Source of the DNA: Thraustochytrium aureum
Taxonomy: Eukaryota
NCBI GenBank assembly: GCA_012862495.1
Contig: BLSG01000385.1
Location: 11,574 to 75,573, forward strand
Length of the DNA stretch: 64,000 nucleotides
Direction of reading: 5' to 3'
Shown: positions 55,009 through 64,000 of the stretch, one piece after another
Layout of the letters: each line of letters opens with the position of its first letter
Position numbering within the stretch: the stretch's first letter is position 1
The notes under the pieces: model-generated
The model's database searches: none
Told to the model about the DNA's origin: nothing
Seen by the model: only the letters and a program-made list of their open reading frames with translations
Program-made: the position numbers and the translations under genes

Positions 55009-57063
55009 ATGCTGGGCAAACTCGCGGTCGGCCTGGCCGTCCTGCTCGCGAGCCCAGGGCTCGTGGTCAACGCACAAGAATGCTCAGAGTCCGAGCAGAG
55101 CCAAGCGTCGTGCTCCGCGCAAGGCGGGGCACTTGTTGACTGGCCCGAGAAGACCCTGAACGTCACGGCGAACGAAGCAACCTGTGGCACCTTCGAGATC
55201 TGTGAATGCCCGGCGCCCGGCCAGCCGCTGGTCCTGCGCGCCAGGTTTACGCTCGCTGGCAATGCGAACGGCGACAACTTTCGCGTCACCGCTGGGTTGG
55301 CAGGGCCTGGTGCCGAGTTTCTCACATTTGAGACGAACACGTACCCGGCAGAACAGGCCGAGTTCTTGTCAAGGTTTGTCGGTTGCGTACCAGGTCCGGC
55401 TTGCTCATGGACTGGATCTGCTGACGACGAATGCAACACGTGCTCGACGGGAGCTTCAGACATATGTGAGGCAGAGAATGACAACCTGTTTGTTCCAGGC
55501 TCGACCGTCAAGTGCAACTGCAGAAGCGACTTGTTTGGGGGTTTGCCACAGTCGCAAGGCGAGTACTTCACCAATGTTGTGGTTTCGCTTGCCGAAGGTG
55601 TCGACGGTGGCAGTGTCGACTGCACGGCTACGGTCATGACGACGATCAGCTCTGCATCGTTGGTTCCTGGCTCTGAGGAGCCAGTGGATTTGCCGACCTG
55701 CACCGCCAACCTCGCTCAGGTCTGTCCATTCTGCACGCCCTTGGGCAGCGTTCTCAAGTGTGCCAAGCCCATTTCGGACTGCCTGTTCGACAAAAGCTGC
55801 AACGCAGAGTTCGCACTGTCCAACTCCGGGAGCGCAACCCTCGCGGAAAATGCCAGCGACAAGATGAAAGACGCCCATCACTGCTTGCGGTGCGGTGAGC
55901 CGACAGCCGCAGCCGGAAAATGCAGCGCTGTCCCCGAGCTTGCCTCGTGGCCCGCTGTATCTGATCCCACCCAGGAGGTCACTTGCGGCAAGGTGGAGAT
56001 CTGCGGTTGCCCTCTTCCGGGTTCGCACATCAAGTTGCGCGCCGAATTCACTGCCTTTGTGGGGGAAAGCTCGCAATCCACCCTCAGCACTGTAGCTCTC
56101 GTCGGCCCTGGCGCAAGCAACCTGAAAGTCGAGTACGGCGTCTCGCCTGTGTCAGACACCACGAACGCCTACATTTGCTCGGTTGCTGAGACGCCAAATT
56201 CCGGTCCCTGCTCGTCTGGGACTTGTGTCGCAGAGTGCGGAACCACCCTCGACGCAGACAGCGTTTGCAATGGCGGCAAAGCGGCCCTGGTTGGGGGCCC
56301 CGACTGCCTCTGTGCAATTGACACGCTGGCCGTCGCGGAGACCACTCCCCAAGAATACTTTCTTGACGCGAAGATCTCCTACCGTGACGGCGTGGACCCT
56401 TTCGCAGCAGGCCTAGACTGCAACTCAACTGTCGCTCTCGTAATCAGCGGTACAGGATCGAATGGCAAGTGTGTGGCGCCTCTGCAGCATGTCTGCCCGA
56501 CTTGCGGACACTCCGAGTCTGAATTGCCCACGATTGACGCAGAGATAATCGTCGCGTCTTGCGCGGCGGAGACGGCAGCGTGCAACGCCGACCCGGAATG
56601 TTTCTTCAAGGTTTTCTCGGCTTTCCTCAGCAACAATTTCGAAGTGGTTGGCGGCACCCCGGCAACGCACCGCAACATGATTGAGTGCGCCCGATGCGCC
56701 GTTCTCGGCGACGGGTGTCCCACAGAAGTTGGGATTGACCTCTCGGACAAGTTTGACGACGTAGTTGGCGAGACCTGCGACGCGGTGCTCCGCGCCTGCA
56801 TTCCTGACCCTGTCTGCTTCGCTCAGGCGAATTTGACGGCTGCCGTTGGGGCGCTGCCCTCAAACCCCACAGGACCGCAGTTCATTGCGCTGTACAATTG
56901 CATCGAGTGCGTGTTTTCGACGAAGGCAAACTTTGGCCAGTGCAACGGGACGTACACCCCGGGCGACAAAACTCCAAGCACGAGTTCGGGCAGCGCTCTG
57001 GCCCGCGCGATCGCGCTTCCAGTGCTCGGCCTCTGGCACCTTGCTGCTAGCGCGCTCGTTTAG
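55009..57063 (+). CDS. Secreted, Cys-rich, probably GPI-anchored surface protein with internal duplication
   Basis: Signal peptide MLGKLAVGLAVLLASPGLVVNA; two repeats TCGTFEICECPAPG and TCGKVEICGCPLPG; C-terminal SSGSAL plus hydrophobic tail. Confidence 0.85.
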   Translation: MLGKLAVGLAVLLASPGLVVNAQECSESEQSQASCSAQGGALVDWPEKTLNVTANEATCGTFEICECPAPGQPLVLRARFTLAGNANGDNFRVTAGLAGPGAEFLTFETNTYPAEQAEFLSRFVGCVPGPACSWTGSADDECNTCSTGASDICEAENDNLFVPGSTVKCNCRSDLFGGLPQSQGEYFTNVVVSLAEGVDGGSVDCTATVMTTISSASLVPGSEEPVDLPTCTANLAQVCPFCTPLGSVLKCAKPISDCLFDKSCNAEFALSNSGSATLAENASDKMKDAHHCLRCGEPTAAAGKCSAVPELASWPAVSDPTQEVTCGKVEICGCPLPGSHIKLRAEFTAFVGESSQSTLSTVALVGPGASNLKVEYGVSPVSDTTNAYICSVAETPNSGPCSSGTCVAECGTTLDADSVCNGGKAALVGGPDCLCAIDTLAVAETTPQEYFLDAKISYRDGVDPFAAGLDCNSTVALVISGTGSNGKCVAPLQHVCPTCGHSESELPTIDAEIIVASCAAETAACNADPECFFKVFSAFLSNNFEVVGGTPATHRNMIECARCAVLGDGCPTEVGIDLSDKFDDVVGETCDAVLRACIPDPVCFAQANLTAAVGALPSNPTGPQFIALYNCIECVFSTKANFGQCNGTYTPGDKTPSTSSGSALARAIALPVLGLWHLAASALV

Positions 57064-57294
57064 AGTTGTGTCAAAACAAGCCAACACCTTATCTTCTGAG
57101 ACGCGCCCTTGCACTTGGTATCGTCGAAGGCACACCGATTCGAGCACAGCTCGCTCACAAACGCCAGAGCGCACGGCTGTCCAACAATTATAAAGTTAAA
57201 AGCTCTCTCGAGGGCGGCCCGAAGCCATCAATTTAAGACTTTTGAACCTATGCACAGGCCAACCAGAGACGAGGGCGCGACGCACAGTGCGCAC

Positions 57295-58725
57295 TCACTC
57301 CAGCGTTTTGAGGAGACGGAAGAGGCCCGCAGCTTCCCTGATGCGGCTGAACTCTATGCAAAACGCTTGCACTTCGATGAAGAGGTCCGAGACGTCGATG
57401 ATCTTGTTGCGGATGAGCGACTGCAGGAACACGCACACGAGGCGAACGAGACGGTTCTGCATGTACTTGTCCTTGATGTTTTCGCACGAGGAGATGCAAT
57501 TCGACACGTACAGATGAATAAACTCGGCCGGAAGCTGGACCGCCGTCGTCAGGCGGTTGACCACTTCCATCGAGTGCAGCGACATGTCCATATTGACCAA
57601 CGCAGAAAGGTACACCGTGATGAGCTCGCTATTCATCAGTTTGAGGAGGCACTCGATTGCGATCATGGGATTGTTTTCAACGAGATTCGGCAGTTTGCCA
57701 GGCACGAGCCCGCAATGGTAGACCAGTCGCGGGTCTGCTTCGAGCTCTTGCAAGACTTGCTTTTGCTGCGCCGGGACCAGCGGGCACTTGAACGCCTTGG
57801 CCATCAGCTCGCGGATCTCCTCGCCGCGCGTCGTATCCTCGCAGGTGGTCGTGTCCCACTGCAGCCCGGGCGCCGCGGAGGGGTTGAGCCAGATCATTTC
57901 GTTCAGCTCTTTTTGAAACAGCGGCGGAGCTGGCCGAGAAAAGTGCGGCTCGAACGAGGCCAGCGTCAGTACCGACCCGGGGCGGCCATCGCCCAGGGCC
58001 ATAATCTGTTTTGCGGCGATCGGCCCGGCGGGGGGCGGCGGCGGGACCTTTTGCGGCACGCCCTCAGGCCCAACAGGGTCAAATACGACTGGGCGCGCCT
58101 CTGAGCCTGGCCCGACTCCAGCGTTCCCACCGCCAATAAGCGCTCCGATGTTGGTCGTCTCTGCGAACGCTCCAGTGAGCGTTGCGTATTCTGTCGGGTC
58201 TGCAGGTCTGAACTCGCCGAGAGCGCCAAGGTCGGCCAAAAGAGCGGCGCCAGACAGCTGCGACCACGCCCTAAGGTCGCCGCGGGAGGAGGCGCCGCCA
58301 GCTGCAGCGGCGGCGCGCGCGGTAGCGGAGGCGTCAAATCCAGGGCTGATGGCCCTCAGCGCGGCAGCGAGCATGTGCGCTTCCGCGCTCTTGTTGGCAT
58401 CTGCGACGGTCGGCTTGAACAGGAGCCGGAGAAGCACGCCGCAAAACGGGTGCACCTCGGCCCGCGGCCCTTTCGCGGCCGTCGCTTTCCGCTGGCCCAC
58501 ATTGACAACAAGGTTAATCGCCACGAGCCGCTGCGCAGCTGGCAGCAAGTTGTCCTCCAGCAAAATGCAGGCCCCGAGGCAATGCCGGAGCCGCGCCGCC
58601 ACTGGAATCCTTTCCATCGCGAGGTCCGCCGCGCTCTGCAGCGTCGCGCTCACCCCTCGATCACATACTTCAAGCAGCCAAGCCAGCTCGCTGCTGTTCA
58701 CCACCTCACCGCTACCGCCGGCCAT
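57295..58725 (-). CDS. CNOT11: CCR4-NOT complex subunit 11
   Basis: [88 protein letters not shown]. Confidence 0.96.
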   Translation of the reverse strand: MAGGSGEVVNSSELAWLLEVCDRGVSATLQSAADLAMERIPVAARLRHCLGACILLEDNLLPAAQRLVAINLVVNVGQRKATAAKGPRAEVHPFCGVLLRLLFKPTVADANKSAEAHMLAAALRAISPGFDASATARAAAAAGGASSRGDLRAWSQLSGAALLADLGALGEFRPADPTEYATLTGAFAETTNIGALIGGGNAGVGPGSEARPVVFDPVGPEGVPQKVPPPPPAGPIAAKQIMALGDGRPGSVLTLASFEPHFSRPAPPLFQKELNEMIWLNPSAAPGLQWDTTTCEDTTRGEEIRELMAKAFKCPLVPAQQKQVLQELEADPRLVYHCGLVPGKLPNLVENNPMIAIECLLKLMNSELITVYLSALVNMDMSLHSMEVVNRLTTAVQLPAEFIHLYVSNCISSCENIKDKYMQNRLVRLVCVFLQSLIRNKIIDVSDLFIEVQAFCIEFSRIREAAGLFRLLKTLE

Positions 58726-58954
58726 CCCGTCCCCGGCCAGCCCCACGCTCCGTCCCAGGCCCGCCGACGTCCTCGCCTCTTGTCCACAGCACAGGGCGCA
58801 CGCAAGCCCTTGCGCGTCAACGACCGACCGCCCAGAACGACGAGGCAGGTCGTCGCACCGCCGGCGCCGAGCGCCGAGCGGCCAGCCAGCAAACGCTGCA
58901 ACTAAGCACACGGGCGACCGGAGCAGACGCAAGCGCAACCTCGCGCAGGCGGAC

Positions 58955-59040
58955 ACGCACGCACGCACGCTCGCACGCACGCACGCACGCAGGCAGGCAG
59001 GCAGGCAGGCAGGCACGCACGCACGCACGCACGCAGGCAG
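58955..59040. repeat. Compound tetranucleotide microsatellite (GCAC)n(GCAG)n(GCAC)n
   Basis: Read directly; lies upstream of CNOT11. Confidence 0.9.
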
Positions 59041-60197
59041 GCTCCCGTCCCTTCCCGTCTTTCCTTCACGGTCTGCGTCGCTCTGGCCCCTTCGCGGTTA
59101 GCTGCCCGTCCCGCCGTCCGCGCGTCTTTCGCCTCGAAACACCCTCAGGATTAAGATAGCGCCGCAGGCTTTCGCTGCTCACAGCAGGGATAGGGCGGGC
59201 GTGGTTTAAGGTTATACTGCGCGGGGAGGCATTGGCCTTAATGAACCTAGATTGCCGGAAAGTGCGCTTAATGCAGGGCACTGCACATTAAACNNNNNNN
59301 NNNNNNNNNNNNNNNNNNNNNNNNNNNNNNNNNNNNNNNNNNNNNNNNNNNNNNNNNNNNNNNNNNNNNNNNNNNNNNNNNNNNNNNNNNNNNNNNNNNN
59401 NNNNNNNNNNNNNNNNNNNNNNNNNNNNNNNNNNNNNNNNNNNNNNNNNNNNNNNNNNNNNNNNNNNNNNNNNNNNNNNNNNNNNNNNNNNNNNNNNNNN
59501 NNNNNNNNNNNNNNNNNNNNNNNNNNNNNNNNNNNNNNNNNNNNNNNNNNNNNNNNNNNNNNNNNNNNNNNNNNNNNNNNNNNNNNNNNNNNNNNNNNNN
59601 NNNNNNNNNNNNNNNNNNNNNNNNNNNNNNNNNNNNNNNNNNNNNNNNNNNNNNNNNNNNNNNNNNNNNNNNNNNNNNNNNNNNNNNNNNNNNNNNNNNN
59701 NNNNNNNNNNNNNNNNNNNNNNNNNNNNNNNNNNNNNNNNNNNNNNNNNNNNNNNNNNNNNNNNNNNNNNNNNNNNNNNNNNNNNNNNNNNNNNNNNNNN
59801 NNNNNNNNNNNNNNNNNNNNNNNNNNNNNNNNNNNNNNNNNNNNNNNNNNNNNNNNNNNNNNNNNNNNNNNNNNNNNNNNNNNNNNNNNNNNNNNNNNNN
59901 NNNNNNNNNNNNNNNNNNNNNNNNNNNNNNNNNNNNNNNNNNNNNNNNNNNNNNNNNNNNNNNNNNNNNNNNNNNNNNNNNNNNNNNNNNNNNNNNNNNN
60001 NNNNNNNNNNNNNNNNNNNNNNNNNNNNNNNNNNNNNNNNNNNNNNNNNNNNNNNNNNNNNNNNNNNNNNNNNNNNNNNNNNNNNNNNNNNNNNNNNNNN
60101 NNNNNNNNNNNNNNNNNNNNNNNNNNNNNNNNNNNNNNNNNNNNNNNNNNNNNNNNNNNNNNNNNNNNNNNNNNNNNNNNNNNGCCGCCGCCCAAGG

Positions 60198-61750
60198 ATG
60201 ACGGACCCCCTCCCGGCCGCCGAGGGCGAGAGGCCGCAGTCCGCGGAGGTGGAGATGGAGCTGCTTGACCTGTTCGAGGACCTCGGGGGCGAGTTTCACC
60301 TGGAGCAAGAGCCGCACGCCGCTGACCCGTTCCGAGACATTCCTTTCGAGTACTGCAGCGACTCCGGGTCGGGGTTGTCGGTTTCTGGTGCAGGGAGCGG
60401 GAGCGATGCGGAGAGCCAGAGGGGCGGCTCGCCGTTCGACCCGTTCGACCCCGTGGCGTTCTTCACCGACCCGTTTGATCTGGACCAAGAGCAAGACCAA
60501 GAGCCCTCCTCTTCTTCAGCCAACCCACCGCTGTCGGCAACTCGCGGGTCCACTCCAGAGGGTAGCGGGGAAGACCTGGGGGTGTTTATCACCGCGGAGG
60601 AGCTCGTTCGCCAGAAGCGAGAGCGAAGCCCGACCAAGCTCGACGGCCCCCGAGCCCTCTCTGTGGCGACCTCGACCAGCTCGAGGNNNNNNNNNNNNNN
60701 NNNNNNNNNNNNNNNNNNNNNNNNNNNNNNNNNNNNNNNNNNNNNNNNNNNNNNNNNNNNNNNNNNNNNNNNNNNNNNNNNNNNNNNNNNNNNNNNNNNN
60801 NNNNNNNNNNNNNNNNNNNNNNNNNNNNNNNNNNNNNNNNNNNNNNNNNNNNNNNNNNNNNNNNNNNNNNNNNNNNNNNNNNNNNNNNNNNNNNNNNNNN
60901 NNNNNNNNNNNNNNNNNNNNNNNNNNNNNNNNNNNNNNNNNNNNNNNNNNNNNNNNNNNNNNNNNNNNNNNNNNNNNNNNNNNNNNNNNNNNNNNNNNNN
61001 NNNNNNNNNNNNNNNNNNNNNNNNNNNNNNNNNNNNNNNNNNNNNNNNNNNNNNNNNNNNNNNNNNNNNNNNNNNNNNNNNNNNNNNNNNNNNNNNNNNN
61101 NNNNNNNNNNNNNNNNNNNNNNNNNNNNNNNNNNNNNNNNNNNNNNNNNNNNNNNNNNNNNNNNNNNNNNNNNNNNNNNNNNNNCCTCTTGCTGCAAAGC
61201 GCCGGCCGCGCGGGCGGCTCGGGCAGCTCGGCCTCCTCCGTGGCGGGTTCTGTGGACACGGACGACGCTTCGTTGCCTGGCCCGGACGCACGGACCTGGG
61301 GCAAAATCGCGATGCAAAGCCCAGCGCGCAAAGGACGCCACGCTGGTGAAGGGCGCTGCGGCGATGGGACTGACCATGTCCATGGTGCTTTTCACTGATA
61401 CAACTGGTTCGGCGAGCCCAGCTTCAGAGGGCTCGTTCGAGATGATCGGGTTTTGGGCGCTGGGCTGGGGCATGCTCCGGGACTCTGGGTTCCTTTCCGT
61501 TCGCGCCTTGCTGCCGCACGTGATGGCCCTGCTCTTCGGCGTGGTCATGACGCTTGCCTTTGTCTCGCTCTTTTACTTTCGGACATTACACGGCAAGCGC
61601 TGCGGTGGCTCCGCCTCACTTGCTCCGCTGGCGCGTCAGCGCCGTGGCTCCGTTTCGTCGCGCTCGTACTTGCCGACCAGCGCCGACGCCAAGTGCGCGG
61701 CGCATGCCCTGCATGTCGTGCAGCGCGTGGCCCCTGCACTCGGCCTCTAG
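60198..61750 (+). CDS. Protein with acidic N-terminus and C-terminal TM helices (possible membrane-tethered transcription factor); middle in gap
   Basis: Acidic/Phe-rich N-terminus ELLDLFEDLGGEF...FDPFDP. After the gap and a probable 1-nt indel near 61330: KGAAAMGLTMSMVLF and LLPHVMALLFGVVMTLAFVSLF. Confidence 0.5.
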
Positions 61751-62759
61751 CTCGAGCGCGAGAATATCGTAACTCGCTGCGTTTTCGAAAGGCCCCGCGA
61801 GGTGTGTCGCCGCTTTGGCTTTGTTGGCGGCGCTGCGCGAGCCCGCGATGATTTTGTAACTAAAGAACCCGACTCCCCTGCTGCAGCAGCATCAGCTCTT
61901 TCGCGGCCGAAGGCATCGTCCTACCGGTACCACAAGCGGCTTGCTTGCGAACCGATTGTCCCATCTGGTGATCGTGCCACCCAGCGAGACAAAATAGAGG
62001 AGCGAGCCTCCTGGCTGCGGCCTGTGGGGCTCGAGCGTGATCTAGCGCAAACAGGCTTGCCGCCGAGTCCCGCGCGCCGCCGCACTTCGAGCGCCCCGCT
62101 CAGAACGAATTGATCCACGAGTCCAGTCGAGGACCGCCAAGTCCACTCATGTCCAACGCACTCCTCCTGCCCCAAAGGTGGACCCGCCAGCAGGTACGCA
62201 ATGCAGGAGCGCCGCACGACGCAGCTAGCCGCAGCGCTCGCCCAATGGCCATCGTCGCCAGGGTCGAGGAGCAAGGGCAGCCCTGGCGAAGATGATGGGC
62301 ATCTGGCCAACATCTGGCCATGCTAAATGCGCCTTTGGGTTTGTTTTTTGCGGGTTTCGTGTTCGTTTCGGAGGGCGCGCGAGAGATAGGACACGAGACA
62401 CCAGTGCAGAGGACTCGGAGCGAGCGAGCGAGAGAGAGACAGGCCAGGACCCCGTCGCAGACCAGCAAGTCGAGCTACGCGCCGCAGTGGACGACGAGCA
62501 GCGGTGGCAGCAGCGGCGAGAATCAGCGACGCGTTGCAGCGGCGGCCGGCAGCGAGCGACGAGGAGCTGCAGCGGCACGGGTGCGGAGGCGCNNNNNNNN
62601 NNNNNNNNNNNNNNNNNNNNNNNNNNNNNNNNNNNNNNNNNNNNNNNNNNNNNNNNNNNNNNNNNNNNNNNNNNNNNNNNNNNNNNNNNNNNNNNNNNNN
62701 NNNNNNNNNNNNNNNNNNNCGAGGTTGACCAGGGACAAAGCTCACGTCGCCGAATGTGA

Positions 62760-64000
62760 CCCCAAACGCAACGCAGTTTGGCGCAAGGACGGCCACCAGT
62801 CCCAGCAACGGACTCTCGGCCAAGCCAAGCACCTCCACCCTTTGCGAATGGTGCGGCGGGGCCGCGGGGCGCCACGCACGACGAAGCCGCCACATTCCCG
62901 ACCCCAAGCCCCGCGGCGGCCAAGTCAAAGTACAGAGAAGGCCTTCTGGAACTAGAACGGGCGCAGCGCGAACTGCGCGGCAAGCTTGCTGCGCGCGAGC
63001 GCGAGCTCAGACTCCAAGTGGCCGGCCTTGAGCTGGAGAACAGCTCGCTGAGGTCCGAAAATGCCAGGCTCCGCTGGGAGCCCAAAAAGGCTCGAGACGG
63101 CCTCGTGCTCTTGTGCGTCTCGCTGTCGAGCGCTTTCACCCTTGTGTGCTTTGCGCTTTTTGCAATGGGCGAGCGCCAGCTGGGACCCGAGCGCCCTTGG
63201 GAGGACCACCTTCAGGGCTTTGCACTTCTTGTGCTTGGCTCGGTTCTGCTCTTCGGCGCTGTCCCACTGACGCACCTCAGCGGGCAGTACTTGTACGGGC
63301 GGGTGGGGTTTCGCTTCTACCAGCCTGGCGAGGGAGGCGGTACCTACGTCATCCTGCAGGCGTTCGGGTGGGGCTTTTACGGCCTCTTCCTCACGCTTGT
63401 GTTGAGCTCGTTCCTGGCAAACCGTACGTACGGCCTCGCGACCGCGTCTGGCGCCTCTGGCGTCGTTGCTCAGGTCCTCATGGTGAGCTCGCTCCTGAGC
63501 TTTCGGCCCAGTCCCAGCCGCGCTGGGCGCGGGCGCGGCGACTCGGACGGGTACTCGAGCGGCGGGAGCACGTCCTACAACAGCGAGGACGAGACCCAGT
63601 CTTCGACGAGCGGCGCAGCCGACGCCGCAGGCAAGGACTTGCGAGACGCGCGCGTGGCGAGGCGCAAGCAGCACGGACGGCACCGCTCCAGCGGCGAGCT
63701 CAAGAACGCGGCCGACATCGGCATGGAGTTCGACCTCTGGCTCGACGCCGACCTGAGCTGGAACGCGGGTCGCACGAGCTTTCGCATGGACACCGACACG
63801 GCTCTCTTTGCGGCGTTCATGGCACTGCAGTTTTCGCTAGTAGTGATTTCGCTCGCTCTGGGCTTTATCGCGGAGCGCGCAGCGTTTGACAACACGCACC
63901 GCGTCCTGTGCGGCTCGTACGCGGTGCTGCTCTTGGTGGTGGCGGCGCTGCTCACTCACGGCCTTGGCGGCTCGCTCTCGCATAGGGCCTCATGGAAGGC
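62760..64000 (+). CDS. Multi-pass membrane protein with QP-x2-GG-x2-(F/Y)V-x-LQA-x-GW repeat; partial, runs off the window
   Basis: Not in the ORF track because it has no stop before the window end. Frame reads coiled coil LELERAQRELRGKL, TM helices, PLTHLSG...FRFYQPGEGGGTYVILQAFGWGFY, and a second repeat starting LLTHGLGG...SWK. Confidence 0.7.

Noticed and set aside
62756..62759. In-frame TGA as selenocysteine or readthrough
   Set aside because: Lies in a low-complexity region beside a gap and a C-run, with no redox motif or visible SECIS; an indel or a downstream start is more likely.

Overview
Eukaryotic, GC-rich, gene-dense and intron-poor draft scaffold with many N gaps. Gene content and GT-AG introns with CTGAC branch points fit a protist; a thraustochytrid-like stramenopile is my inference, not proven. 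About 23 protein-coding loci are recognisable. These include RPL18, an ankyrin-TRP channel, two tandem TM-RING-H2 E3 ligases, a C3H zinc-finger orphan, a Ctr copper transporter, a DnaJ-FN3 protein, a GNAT, a SAP30-PHD-winged-helix fusion, PNGase, an FG-GAP multi-TM protein, a MOSC/mARC enzyme and an ABCA transporter. Also present are a TPR protein, a sulfotransferase, a BAZ/ACF1-like chromatin reader, a PH-kinase with a degenerate active site, a Cys-rich GPI-type surface protein, CNOT11 and two partial membrane proteins. The most notable locus is a bacterial-type Cas4-like PD-(D/E)XK nuclease fused to a DUF2779 exonuclease-fold domain, embedded among host genes (candidate horizontal transfer). 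Also notable: a receptor-like RING E3 ligase with a large ectodomain, a recurring CTACTCT/CTAG motif upstream of genes, and a 34-bp repeat array abutting the MOSC start codon. Several frameshifts sit in homopolymers and are probably sequencing errors. No rRNA, tRNA or CRISPR array was found. All family calls come from motif recognition by eye, without database searches.
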